Shown piece after piece: positions 46,850-56,972 of a stretch of DNA of 64,000 nucleotides; the first letter of the stretch is position 1, and every line of letters starts with the position of its first letter. The notes under the pieces are model-generated. The model did no database searches. It saw only the letters and a program-made list of their open reading frames with translations, and was not told the origin of the DNA. This stretch comes from an uncultured Desulfospira sp. (lineage in GTDB: Bacteria; Desulfobacterota; Desulfobacteria; Desulfobacterales; Desulfobacteraceae). Where the stretch lies: assembly GCA_963663165.1 (NCBI GenBank), contig OY760175.1, forward strand, positions 1,024,001 to 1,088,000. Reading direction: 5' to 3'. The position numbers and the translations under genes are program-made.

Positions 46850-46850
46850 T

Positions 46851-48821
46851 TCAAATAAAAACCAGCAGCAATACAATTGCCAGCAAAATATATCCGATAT
46901 AAAGGTGGATGTCCCCGTGCTGGATCCATCGAAGTTTGTCAAACAGGATCATGACCGGCCGGACAATCACATGTTCCATATGAAGTTCTGCAATATCGCT
47001 GACATGGCTGTGGTAATGGGTTTTGGCCGGAAACCGCCCTTTTATGGGCGGATGCGCCTCGGACAAGGGGGCGGCGAAACTGAAAAATTCCAGAATGGCG
47101 CCGGCAAAAGAGGTGCCGGTATACTGCATTTTAACCGTGGGCTGTGTAAACCCGCATCCCCAGGTTCCCGATTTCGTGACGGTCTTGTTCTTGTAAAAGA
47201 CGGTCCGAAGCCCCAGGGTGATCAGGACAAGGACCAGAAACAGCAGTGCCCCAAAGGTTATGTTGGAGGTCATCTGACCAAAGGGTTCTATGGGGATCCG
47301 ACCGTAGTCCAGCCCAAGGGCTGATACCGCCTTAAAGGCCATATGGATAAACAGCCTTGGAAACACGCCGATAAGGGCACAGGCCCCTGCCAGGACAGCC
47401 ATGGCCACCAGCATGGTGGATCCTTTTTCCACGGCATTTTCAGCGGCCTTTGCCCGGGGTTCCCCCTGAAAGACCACCCCCACCACCTTGGTAAAGCAGG
47501 CCAGGGCCAGCCCCCCGATAACGGCAAGGCCGATAATGGCAAACACGCTCATGGCAAAGGCCCAGGACCCCAGGGGGATGGATTTGAAACTGCCCATGTA
47601 GATTAAAAACTCACTGACAAACCCGTTAAAAGGCGGCAGCCCTGAAATGGCCAGGGAGCCGATGATAAAGGTGGTTCCGGTGATTTTCATGCCCTTGAGA
47701 AGCCCGCCCAGGGCATCGATGGTCCCGGTCCCGGTCCGGTGAAGCACCATGCCGGCCCCCATGAAGAGCAGGGATTTAAAAATGCTGTGGTTGAGCACAT
47801 GGAGAATGGCCCCGGAAAATCCCAGAACCGCCACCAGGGGGTTGCCCGATGCGGCACCGATCATTCCGATGCCCATTCCGATAAGGATAATGCCGATGTT
47901 TTCAACACTGTGGTAGGCCAAAAGCCGTTTGAGGTCATGCTGGCCCAAGGCATAAACCACCCCTAAAATGCCGGAAACCACCCCGGCGATCAGGGCAATG
48001 TAACCGAACAGTGGGCAATGGAACCCCAGGATCGCGTAAATTCGCAGGATACCGTAAATCCCGGTTTTGATCATGACACCGGACATGACGGCCGAAATAT
48101 GGCTCGGGGCTGCCGGATGGGCATGGGGAAGCCAGACATGGAAGGGAAACACACCGGCTTTCGAACCAAATCCCACAAAAGCAAAGATAAAAATAAGGAT
48201 TTTCACGGTTTCCGGAACTGTATCCATGGCACCACCCGTGGGACCAAACCCAAAGCTGCCGGTGTATCCGTAGATCAGGCCGAATGCGGCCAGGATAAAC
48301 ATGGCCCCGACATGGGAAAAGACAAAGTAAAGAAACCCGGCCTTCCGGTTCTCGGCCGATTCATGGCCGTAAATGACCAGAAAAAAGGAGGACAGCGACA
48401 TGATTTCCCATGAAAACATAAAGGAAATAATGTTGGCGGCTGTGACCACAAGGGCCATGGAAGCGATCAGGAGACTGAAGAAAAAATAATTGATCCCGGT
48501 TTTTACACTGGCGGTTTCATTTTCCATGTAATGAAAGCTGTAAACCGAGGCCATCAGGGAAACCGCAAATATGGCCGAAAGGAAAAAAGCAGACAGGCCG
48601 TCGATGCGAAAGGACAGAAAAAAAAGATCCAGGTACTTAAAAGAGGCATCGGTCCAGGTGTTGTTTAAAAGCCGGTTGCCGGCATCCAGCAGCCCAAGAA
48701 AACAACCGGCCCCGAGAAACAGGACCGCAACCATCCTGGAAAACCGGGCCTGCCGGGCAAAGACAAGAGACGCCAGGCCTCCCGATAAAATAATCAATAT
48801 GGAACTAAAAAATGGACTCAT
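46851..48821 (-). CDS. HyfB-like (NuoL/MrpA-type) antiporter membrane subunit
   Basis: WEIMSL, KAGVFPFHVWLPHAHPAAP, KRLLAYHSVEN, PPFNGFVSE. Confidence 0.92.
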   Translation of the reverse strand: MSPFFSSILIILSGGLASLVFARQARFSRMVAVLFLGAGCFLGLLDAGNRLLNNTWTDASFKYLDLFFLSFRIDGLSAFFLSAIFAVSLMASVYSFHYMENETASVKTGINYFFFSLLIASMALVVTAANIISFMFSWEIMSLSSFFLVIYGHESAENRKAGFLYFVFSHVGAMFILAAFGLIYGYTGSFGFGPTGGAMDTVPETVKILIFIFAFVGFGSKAGVFPFHVWLPHAHPAAPSHISAVMSGVMIKTGIYGILRIYAILGFHCPLFGYIALIAGVVSGILGVVYALGQHDLKRLLAYHSVENIGIILIGMGIGMIGAASGNPLVAVLGFSGAILHVLNHSIFKSLLFMGAGMVLHRTGTGTIDALGGLLKGMKITGTTFIIGSLAISGLPPFNGFVSEFLIYMGSFKSIPLGSWAFAMSVFAIIGLAVIGGLALACFTKVVGVVFQGEPRAKAAENAVEKGSTMLVAMAVLAGACALIGVFPRLFIHMAFKAVSALGLDYGRIPIEPFGQMTSNITFGALLFLVLVLITLGLRTVFYKNKTVTKSGTWGCGFTQPTVKMQYTGTSFAGAILEFFSFAAPLSEAHPPIKGRFPAKTHYHSHVSDIAELHMEHVIVRPVMILFDKLRWIQHGDIHLYIGYILLAIVLLLVFI

Positions 48822-49024
48822 ACCCTCCCCAATTCACCCAAAATTCAAATTTGACTGTCAATTTATCAAGAACGAAAAAATTCCTGCTATGTAAGTATTG
48901 TTTCACAGATTTGTCAAGACATTTGTTACAAAATGAAACACTTCTAACAAAAGATTAATGGGCCGAAAACCTAAGGCTTTGAGATATATGGTATTCGGTC
49001 AAGCCCTCCTGTTTGGACCAGACG

Positions 49025-50260
49025 CTAGTGGCGGGAAACGATGGGATGCCCTTCCGTATCAATGTCAATGGCCACCGTATCCGATGTTTTAAAGCCCAGC
49101 CGTTTAAATTCCCGGACCACTTCCTGATGGCGGTCCACATGCCAGTAAACCGACCAGAGGGGGTTTCTGACCGTGTCAATGCCGTATGCATCATGGCTGC
49201 ACAGGTTGATTCTGAACTTATCCTTTGCAATAAGGGTGTCGGCTTCGGAAAGAAAAATGTCTATCTGGTAAAGGTGGGCATGAAGGACCTTGGACACGGT
49301 TTTCTGGGCCTCAGGGTACTCATCTAAATAATGGTTGGCAATCTGGTACAGTTCCCGGGCATCCTGGATGGAAAAGCCAAGAACGGCAAACCGCTGATTC
49401 CTTAATGCAAACCGCTCCATCTCCTCTTCATAGGATTTGACATAATCAATGATCACCTGAAGGTCGGCATCCTGCTGCTTTGAGTGATGGACATAGTCCT
49501 CGCACCGGCTGATCACCTCAATATAGAAATCCTTGTTGTTCATGACATAGACGGGTCTTTCCCGGTAGTTTCGCCGTTTGCGGATTCTTCTGACCCCGTC
49601 CAGTTTGACCGACAGTTCATTCTCGCGGTCCTCAAGGGTTTCGATGCCTGAAATATCCTTGGCCTGGACCACATAAATATCCCCTTGTGTTGAAACAATA
49701 TATTCAATCTCGCACCGGAATCCCAAGATCTTTTGAATATTCTCGGAAAGCTGCATAAACCGTCTGTCGTGGGGGGTCCGGGTGATATGGGGGTCGCTTT
49801 CCACCTTATGGCTGCGGTTTCTGGTATATCCGAATTCCCAGTGGTTGCCGATCTTTTTTGCCATGACGCTGGAACCGGTAATAAAGGGCATGACAATCAC
49901 CCCCATTTCATCGATGTCAATCTGGGGGGCCTGGTTAAACACCTGCTGACGCTGGATGGAAAGCCGTTTGGAAGTCCTGGCCAGCTTGATCATCTTGTTT
50001 CTGGCATATTTAATGCCGGCAATATCGGCATAGGTATCCAGGGAATCAAAGGTGCCCCCTTTGAAAAAAGATTCCAGGGGGTGGGCGCTCCTGGCAATCA
50101 CCTTATAACTTTCCCGGTGTTTTTCTAAAAAGGACTCAAGTTCCTCAAAATCCCCATCAACAAACTTTTGGGCGGGGACATAAATAAACCCCGGGACATT
50201 GAAACCATATTCTGATAATTTTTCCAGCAGTTTAACCTTTTCAGAAACTTTGTTTTCCAT
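49025..50260 (-). CDS. Hypothetical protein with a PEP-synthase/PPDK-like nucleotide-binding N-terminus
   Basis: K..LL..L...GFNVPGF, VIARSA, GGTFDS, EIEY..IYVVQAK resemble the PPDK_N ATP-grasp motifs. Confidence 0.55.
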   Translation of the reverse strand: MENKVSEKVKLLEKLSEYGFNVPGFIYVPAQKFVDGDFEELESFLEKHRESYKVIARSAHPLESFFKGGTFDSLDTYADIAGIKYARNKMIKLARTSKRLSIQRQQVFNQAPQIDIDEMGVIVMPFITGSSVMAKKIGNHWEFGYTRNRSHKVESDPHITRTPHDRRFMQLSENIQKILGFRCEIEYIVSTQGDIYVVQAKDISGIETLEDRENELSVKLDGVRRIRKRRNYRERPVYVMNNKDFYIEVISRCEDYVHHSKQQDADLQVIIDYVKSYEEEMERFALRNQRFAVLGFSIQDARELYQIANHYLDEYPEAQKTVSKVLHAHLYQIDIFLSEADTLIAKDKFRINLCSHDAYGIDTVRNPLWSVYWHVDRHQEVVREFKRLGFKTSDTVAIDIDTEGHPIVSRH

Positions 50261-50401
50261 GATTTTTCTTGACTTTTATTAGAATAGAAATTTAAATACT
50301 CGGGTCAAACTCAATCGCAGGGTTGACTATTCAGGGTGGTACCATATGTCCGGACAATTTGCAATGCCATATAGACACCCTATCCGTTCAGGAGACGTAA
50401 C

Positions 50402-50782
50402 GTGAAAATACTACTGGTTGATGACGAAGTAGAGTTTGTCCAGACCCTTGCCGAACGGCTTCAAATGAGGGATATGGACACAACGGTTGTGTATAACGGG
50501 CCCAGTGCCCTGGAACGGATTCAGGCCGATCCCCCTGAAATCATGATCCTGGATTTAAAGCTTCCCCGGATGGACGGCATGGAAATCTTAAAGTCGGTCA
50601 AACAGGTTCAGCCCGGTATAGAGGTTATCATTCTGACCGGCCACGGGTCTGAACAGGACCGGCTCAAGTGCATGGACCTTGGCGCCTTTGATTATATGCA
50701 AAAGCCCGTTGACATTGCCCTGCTGAGTGGCACCCTGAAAAAAGCCCATCAAAAAGCCGTCCAGACCGCCTCAGGCTGTTAG
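50402..50782 (+). CDS. Single-domain response regulator
   Basis: LLVDDE, LDLKLPRMDG, LTGHG, KP. Confidence 0.92.
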   Translation: MKILLVDDEVEFVQTLAERLQMRDMDTTVVYNGPSALERIQADPPEIMILDLKLPRMDGMEILKSVKQVQPGIEVIILTGHGSEQDRLKCMDLGAFDYMQKPVDIALLSGTLKKAHQKAVQTASGC

Positions 50783-50853
50783 GCAGCACCACCGCAGTGC
50801 ATTCTATGCTTGACGAAATAGATGGATTTGCCCTAGAATCAAATTAATCTATT

Positions 50854-52314
50854 ATGAAGCGATTAAACAAATTCAAACCCGCCTTCTGGGACCACCGGGA
50901 CATCACGGCTGACCGGCCCTTAAGCGGGATCAGTTTTGCCGGAAAGTGGAAGATCATTGTGGGGTTTACCTCCTTTATGGCCCTTCTGCCTTTGGCCGTC
51001 ATGACCTTTATGGAGGTCAGCCTTACCCGGCAGATTGTTCAAGATGAAATCAGGGACAGCATGGACACCCTGACGGCCTCGGCCGTGGCGGCCATATCCC
51101 TTGAATCCAATCCTGAAACCGCTGTAACAGATTATCTTTCAAGGTTTGATCTGAACAGCGGCGGGGACCTGTTTGCCATTAACATGGCCGGCAGGCCGGT
51201 GACCCCCTCCCGGTATTTTAAGGGTGTCGACAGCCTGCCCGCCGGCATTTATGCCGCCGGCAACCATGGCTCCGCCACGGTCATCACCAAGGACAAAGAG
51301 ACCTTTCTGGTCTCCCATGCCAGAATCCCGGACTCGGACCTGACCCTGGTATACGCCAGAAGCCGGGACCAGATCACCCGGCAATACTTTGCCCCCCGGC
51401 TGAAACTGGCGGGATACCTGGTGGTGAGTATTGTTCTCATTGTCCTGTCCATCATGGGCCTTGCCACCTTTCTGGTGGGAAAAATCCATGCGGCCGACAA
51501 ACGAAGGACCCAGGCCCTTCACCGGGCGGAAAACGAAAACAAACTGGCCTCCATCGGCCGGCTGGCCTCGGGCGTGGCCCATGAGATCAACAACCCCCTG
51601 GCCATCATCAATCAGAAAACCGGCCTGATCCTGGATCTGCTGGAACTCAAGGAAAAACGGCCGGCCGACGACCGGCTGGTCACCCTTTCCCATGATGTTC
51701 TCAATGCTGTGAAACGGTGCGGCAGCATCACCCGGCAGATGCTGGATTTTGCAAGACACATGGAACCGTGTGTCCAGCCGGTGGATCTATATGAAATTAT
51801 TGATATGGTCCTTTCCTTTTTAAAGCCTGAGGCCGAAAAAAAACAGCTGATTATCTCTGTGGAAAACATCGGCACGGTTCAGGGGCTGGTCTGTGACCGG
51901 GGAAGCCTTCAGCAGATTTTTCTCAACCTGTTTGACAATGCCTTTGCCGCCATGGAAGACGGGGGACAGCTTACTATCGGCATCCAGGTAAAAAAAAGGC
52001 AGCACGTATGGGTGGTCATTTCCGATACCGGGGTCGGCATTCCCGAGGAAGACCTGCCCAATATTTTTGAACCTTTTTATTCTTCTAAAAATGAACATTG
52101 GGGAACAGGCCTTGGGCTATCCATTACCTACGGCCTGATCAAAAAAATGGGGGCCGATATCCTGGTTACCTCAACCGTGGGAAAAGGCACCCGCTTCACG
52201 CTTATTCTGCCCTTAACACAGGATAAAGACCGAATCTGTGCCCCCCCAAATCCACCGGAACCCTTAATTGAACCCATTCTTAACCCCATACCGGAACCAA
52301 ACCCCAAAGGGTAA
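50854..52314 (+). CDS. Membrane sensor histidine kinase (NtrB-like)
   Basis: Two TMs, AHEINNPL, NLFDNA, DTGVG, GTGLGL. Confidence 0.93.
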   Translation: MKRLNKFKPAFWDHRDITADRPLSGISFAGKWKIIVGFTSFMALLPLAVMTFMEVSLTRQIVQDEIRDSMDTLTASAVAAISLESNPETAVTDYLSRFDLNSGGDLFAINMAGRPVTPSRYFKGVDSLPAGIYAAGNHGSATVITKDKETFLVSHARIPDSDLTLVYARSRDQITRQYFAPRLKLAGYLVVSIVLIVLSIMGLATFLVGKIHAADKRRTQALHRAENENKLASIGRLASGVAHEINNPLAIINQKTGLILDLLELKEKRPADDRLVTLSHDVLNAVKRCGSITRQMLDFARHMEPCVQPVDLYEIIDMVLSFLKPEAEKKQLIISVENIGTVQGLVCDRGSLQQIFLNLFDNAFAAMEDGGQLTIGIQVKKRQHVWVVISDTGVGIPEEDLPNIFEPFYSSKNEHWGTGLGLSITYGLIKKMGADILVTSTVGKGTRFTLILPLTQDKDRICAPPNPPEPLIEPILNPIPEPNPKG

Positions 52315-52317
52315 CAA

Positions 52318-53010
52318 ATGACACAACACTTAGAAACAGACCCGTTTAAAGAATGTTTTGCCCCCATCGCTTATGTGGGAAAGATGGCTGCCGCCGCGAC
52401 CCATGAAATCAAAAACAACCTGGCGGTCATTAATGAAAGTGCCGGCCTTTTGTCCGATCTTTCGTTAATGGCCGACCAGGGGCATCCCCTGTCCCCGGAA
52501 AAGGTGAAGTCAGTGTCTGAAAAAATGGAGCGGCAGGTCAAGCGGGCCGACATGGTGATCCGAAGACTCAATCAGTTCTGCCACACCACGGACCAGCAGA
52601 CCCAGCCCATAGATATAGCCCAAACCGTTGGGTTTGTCGTTGAGATGGGAGACCGGATTTTCAAAGCTGCCGGGATGGTGGTTCAAATCATCCCGCCGCC
52701 CGCTTTGGTCCGGATAGACACCCATTTAATCTATTTTGAAACCCTGGTCTGGCAGATCATTGAAGCGATCATGACCCAGAAAGTCAAAAATCTTCTGGTG
52801 TCATTTGAAAATGATCCCGATGCGCCGGGCGTCTGGTTTTCCGGCAAGGCAGACGAGCCGGTTCAGGCCAATGAAATTTTCAGCCAGCTGAGGAATATCC
52901 CCCTGGCAGAAGGCTTAGGGGCATCCATTAAATTAAACGGCCCCCAAGACCGGATCGGGCTTGTATTTGAATCCAGTAATTTGATCGAACAAGGAGAACC
53001 CCATGTCTGA
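52318..53010 (+). CDS. HisKA protein with a degenerate ATPase domain
   Basis: THEIKNNLAVINE H-box; no N, G1 or G2 boxes. Confidence 0.75.
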   Translation: MTQHLETDPFKECFAPIAYVGKMAAAATHEIKNNLAVINESAGLLSDLSLMADQGHPLSPEKVKSVSEKMERQVKRADMVIRRLNQFCHTTDQQTQPIDIAQTVGFVVEMGDRIFKAAGMVVQIIPPPALVRIDTHLIYFETLVWQIIEAIMTQKVKNLLVSFENDPDAPGVWFSGKADEPVQANEIFSQLRNIPLAEGLGASIKLNGPQDRIGLVFESSNLIEQGEPHV

Positions 53011-53362
53011 AAAAATTCTGCTGGTGGACGATGAGGAAGAATTCCTGGAAATCATGTCTGAACGGCTGGCCGCCAGGGGGATGGATGTAAGGACATCCAA
53101 CTTTCCGGATGAGGCGTTTCAACTCATTGAAACAGAAAACTTCGACGCCGTTGTCATGGACTTTCAAATGCCGGAAATGGACGGCATGGAGGCGCTCAAA
53201 GCCATTAAAGAAAAAAAACCGGCGCTTCAGATCATTCTGCTGACAGGGTATGCCACGGCTGAAAAAACGGATGAGGCCAAAAAGATGGGGGCATCAGACC
53301 TGCTTGAAAAACCGGCCGACATAGACCTATTAATACAGAGAATCAAAAACCGGGACGCCTGA
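53003..53362 (+). CDS. Single-domain response regulator
   Basis: LLVDDE, MDFQMPEMDG, LTGY, KP. Confidence 0.92.
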   Translation: MSEKILLVDDEEEFLEIMSERLAARGMDVRTSNFPDEAFQLIETENFDAVVMDFQMPEMDGMEALKAIKEKKPALQIILLTGYATAEKTDEAKKMGASDLLEKPADIDLLIQRIKNRDA

Positions 53363-53463
53363 AAAAAATCTGACGAAACCCCCGTGTTTGGACGAAAAGC
53401 TGCCCACCATTTCATGGATAACGGCGGCTACAAACAGTGTGCCCCCACCCTACAAGATTCCAG

Positions 53464-54417
53464 CTATGGAAGGCAAAAGGAGAAATCATAGCCGGTATTC
53501 TGGTCACACACCGAACAGGTAATTTTAACCACCAGCTGTTCACGCTTGATACCGGTTCTCTGCTCGAAGGAGACGGCCATGGGATTTGAGCAATGCTTGC
53601 AGAATCTGGGCAATACCAAAAACACGGGAATGGCATCTCGCCCCGGCCTTTCCCAGGGCAGGGTCTCTTTTCTGATCTCATAATCTGAAATCCCGGTATG
53701 TCGTAACTCTTCAAGGTAATTTCGAAACAATGAGATGGTGATTTCGGATTTTTTTTGGGCCAGTTCCCGGCCGGCCCGTGTGAACATATGGGATTCCAGA
53801 GATGCGGCATAAGTCAGTTCTTTGGTCAAGGTCTTCAGAATGCTGTTCCGGACCACCATCCCCCTGAGGGCCGATCTTTCAAAAAAATTGGCAAACCCCA
53901 TGTAGCCGACCTTGACCAGATAATCGGCATCGCTGACGATACGGGTATGAATGTTACCCTCCAAATGGTCATTGTAAAGGGCCAGAAGGCTTTGTTCGAC
54001 CTTTTGGATTTCTGGTTCCGGAAAATCAACCTGACTTAAGAGTTTTCTGGCGGTTTCAGCCCCAATTTCCTCTTCGGGCTTTACCCCTTCATGGTATTTC
54101 CCGTTCTGGAACTTTCCGCAGTCATGGAACAGTGCCGTGATTACGGGAATCAGGGGATCAAGGTCCTCTTTGCAGGCAATAAGCATGGCCATGGACGCCA
54201 CATGAACCGTGTGCTGCCATAAAAAGCTCTCTTTTCGGGAGCCCGCGCAGTACCGGATTTCCGATGTCTCGATAATCTCTTTTATAAGGGGCAGTATCCC
54301 CGGGCAGTGCCGGTGCAGCAGCACCTTTATATTGCGCTGTTCACCGGCATTGGCAGTCTGGCCTTCTGAAAAAAGCGTTGTTTCCAACGGTCCTATCGGT
54401 TCTGTTCTGGTCTGCAT
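53464..54417 (-). CDS. HD-domain phosphohydrolase with C-terminal CxxC...CxxC zinc ribbon
   Basis: QHTVHV, LFHDCGK, SDADYL; CKHC and CSVC. Confidence 0.8.
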   Translation of the reverse strand: MQTRTEPIGPLETTLFSEGQTANAGEQRNIKVLLHRHCPGILPLIKEIIETSEIRYCAGSRKESFLWQHTVHVASMAMLIACKEDLDPLIPVITALFHDCGKFQNGKYHEGVKPEEEIGAETARKLLSQVDFPEPEIQKVEQSLLALYNDHLEGNIHTRIVSDADYLVKVGYMGFANFFERSALRGMVVRNSILKTLTKELTYAASLESHMFTRAGRELAQKKSEITISLFRNYLEELRHTGISDYEIRKETLPWERPGRDAIPVFLVLPRFCKHCSNPMAVSFEQRTGIKREQLVVKITCSVCDQNTGYDFSFCLP

Positions 54418-54446
54418 CAGGAATTTCCCTATCAGGGCAGGATACC

Positions 54447-54797
54447 TTAATGACCCGGGATAATTTTGGATTTCGGGCTGCCAGCGGATTTGTTCTTCAT
54501 CTGTTTGACCTGTTCCACCAAGGCGGCCAACGCCTTTTCCATGGCGGCGGGAAAGGCGTCCATGGCCTCATCTAATGAATTGGCGGACAGCATGGAACGG
54601 ACCGGGATCGGGCCTTCAGGAGAAATCATCTGGGTTTCACCAAAATACCGTTTGGAACGGGAGTCATCGTCAGTACCGTCGGGGTGAATGGGACAAAGCA
54701 CCTTTAACGTGGCAATCTTGAAATCCGTATAAGTTTCTTCACGGTACAGATTGGCCTTGTCCACACTAAAATCATCATGTTTAATTTCGTCAGTCAT
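54447..54797 (-). CDS. Conserved hypothetical cytoplasmic protein
   Basis: Clean ORF with GGGAGA RBS; NLYREETYTD motif. Confidence 0.7.
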   Translation of the reverse strand: MTDEIKHDDFSVDKANLYREETYTDFKIATLKVLCPIHPDGTDDDSRSKRYFGETQMISPEGPIPVRSMLSANSLDEAMDAFPAAMEKALAALVEQVKQMKNKSAGSPKSKIIPGH

Positions 54798-54968
54798 CTT
54801 AATCTCCCGTCTGTTTAAAAGTTAATGGGTTATTGTATTTTTAGAGGGGGTTTTACAGCAAGATACGCCATAGTTCAAGTAGATAGACTTAAATACTGAA
54901 GGATTTTACCAGGCAAACAAAACCTGATCAAATCCTTCAGCCTAAATCCCTTCAGCCTTAGCCCCTAC

Positions 54969-56270
54969 TTATACATTCATCAGGTTGGGCAGGAAAAGAA
55001 TAATCTGAGGAAATATAATCATCAGAATGATCTGGCACAAATCCGCGATCAAAAAGGGGATAACCCCTTTAAATACCGTTTCCATGGGAACATTGGTAAT
55101 GCCCTTAATAATAAAGACGTTCAGGCCTACCGGCGGCGTGATCAATCCCATTTCCGTTACCCGGACCATGAGAATGCCAAACCAGATCGGGTTAAACCCA
55201 AGCTCAATGATCAGGGGATAAAATACCGGTACCGTCAACAGCACAATGGCCAGAGAGTCCATCAGGCATCCCATGATCAGCACCACTAAAAGGACCATCA
55301 CAATAATGACATACCGGTTAACCGGAAGTCCTGATACAAAGGATGACAGTTCAAATGGCAGCCGGGTAATGGAGAAAAAATACCCCAGGATCATGGCCCC
55401 AAGCACAATAATAAACAGCATGCCCGAGGTCTGCATGGTGTCGGCAAGGCTGCCGGTAAATTTCTTCCAGGTCATCTTTTTGCGGAACAAGGCAAATAAA
55501 AAGGTACAGAATGCACCGATGCCGGCAGCTTCCGTGGGGGTGAAAATTCCCAAATAAATCCCGCCGATAACCAGGCAGAACAAGAGGATAACTTCCCAGG
55601 TTTTAAGGATGGAAAGCATCTTTGTCCCCAGGGTGGTGCGGGGTCCGGGAGGGCCTAATTCCGGTCTAAAACGGGTTAAAATGATAATGGTGATGATATA
55701 GAACAATGCCTCAAGAATCCCCGGAACAAAGCCCGCCAGAAACAGTTCGGCAATGGATTGTTCCGTCAGGATCCCGTAAATGATCAGAATTACGGAAGGG
55801 GGAATCAGAATGCCGATACTGCCGCCGGCGGCAATGGAGCCGGTGGCCAGGGCTTTATCATATTTGTACTTAAGCATTTCCGGCATGGCCACACGGCCAA
55901 GGGTCGCGGCTGTGGCAAGGCTCGAGCCGCTGATGGCGGCAAAACAGGCACAGGCCGCCACCGTTGCCATGGCCATCCCGCCCCGCAGGCTGCCGAATAA
56001 TTTATGCACGGCCCGGTAAAGGTCCTCGCTCATGCCGGCGGCAAAAGCAAAAGAGCCCATGAGAATAAATAAAGGGATAACGCTCATTCCCTGGCTGGCA
56101 AATGTGGTATAGGGAACCGTCTGCAACACCCCTAAGGCCACATCGGTGCTGGTAATCCAGGCAAACCCAATGAACCCCACAAGCCCCATGCATATACCGA
56201 TCTGCATGCGGCATAATATCAACACAATCAGAATACAGATACCAATCACACCAACAGTTACCGGGCTCAT
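54969..56270 (-). CDS. dctM: TRAP transporter large permease
   Basis: IPLFILMG, AISGSSLATA, LIPPS, FTPTEAA, ITPPVG. Confidence 0.95.
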   Translation of the reverse strand: MSPVTVGVIGICILIVLILCRMQIGICMGLVGFIGFAWITSTDVALGVLQTVPYTTFASQGMSVIPLFILMGSFAFAAGMSEDLYRAVHKLFGSLRGGMAMATVAACACFAAISGSSLATAATLGRVAMPEMLKYKYDKALATGSIAAGGSIGILIPPSVILIIYGILTEQSIAELFLAGFVPGILEALFYIITIIILTRFRPELGPPGPRTTLGTKMLSILKTWEVILLFCLVIGGIYLGIFTPTEAAGIGAFCTFLFALFRKKMTWKKFTGSLADTMQTSGMLFIIVLGAMILGYFFSITRLPFELSSFVSGLPVNRYVIIVMVLLVVLIMGCLMDSLAIVLLTVPVFYPLIIELGFNPIWFGILMVRVTEMGLITPPVGLNVFIIKGITNVPMETVFKGVIPFLIADLCQIILMIIFPQIILFLPNLMNV

Positions 56271-56791
56271 TACTCCACCTTCCTTTCCGTGAACCCGCCC
56301 ATGAGTTCATAAACCAGAATCAGCGTAAACATCCCCATGCCCAGGGCAACCGGAATGATAAACGGATATGTAACAATCAGCAGCACCGAAGATGTGAGTT
56401 TGGACGCATAGGTTTCCGCCACATAAAGACAGGTCTGCCAGGTGATCAACCCTGCAAATATAATGGTGAGCACATTAATGGGAAGCATAACGGCTTTTTT
56501 AAATTTTGCAGGGAATTTGTCCATAATAAATTCTACGGCTACATGGGACTGGGTGTAAGCGCAATAGGCCACACTGAACGGGATCAGTATGGCCATCATG
56601 TACTCCACAAGTTCTAGGGCTCCGGCAATGGGGTCGTTAAACACATAACGGCAGGCCACGTCAGCGGCGGTCAGAAACATCATTGATGCCAGAACCAGGG
56701 ACCCGATCCATTTTAAAACTGTCATAACGGCCGTGATGGGTTTTCCCAGTATGGTTTCTCTTGTCAGCATTTTAACTATCCTCTCAATCAA
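56270..56791 (-). CDS. dctQ: TRAP transporter small permease
   Basis: Four TMs, DVACRYVFNDPI, HVAVE. Confidence 0.9.
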   Translation of the reverse strand: MIERIVKMLTRETILGKPITAVMTVLKWIGSLVLASMMFLTAADVACRYVFNDPIAGALELVEYMMAILIPFSVAYCAYTQSHVAVEFIMDKFPAKFKKAVMLPINVLTIIFAGLITWQTCLYVAETYASKLTSSVLLIVTYPFIIPVALGMGMFTLILVYELMGGFTERKVE

Positions 56792-56972
56792 GAACCTTTG
56801 AGGTGTTTTTCAAGCGTAAACACGATCGTTAAAGGCCAGGGCAAGGCATTTGGAATCAGACCAAATTTTTTTACCGGAATCTTAAATTTCATATAGTTAA
56901 CAACCGTTTTAAGATCCCTGCAGCAGCACCATGAAACGTTAAATGCCATACCCTGGCTTAAGGGCTAAGGGC

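Noticed and set aside
54894..54966. ccttcag-type repeats after dctM and a short complement at 56961-56969
   Set aside because: Too short and irregular to count with the five-heptamer stems; a local ctgaaggattt/aaatccttcag hairpin explains it
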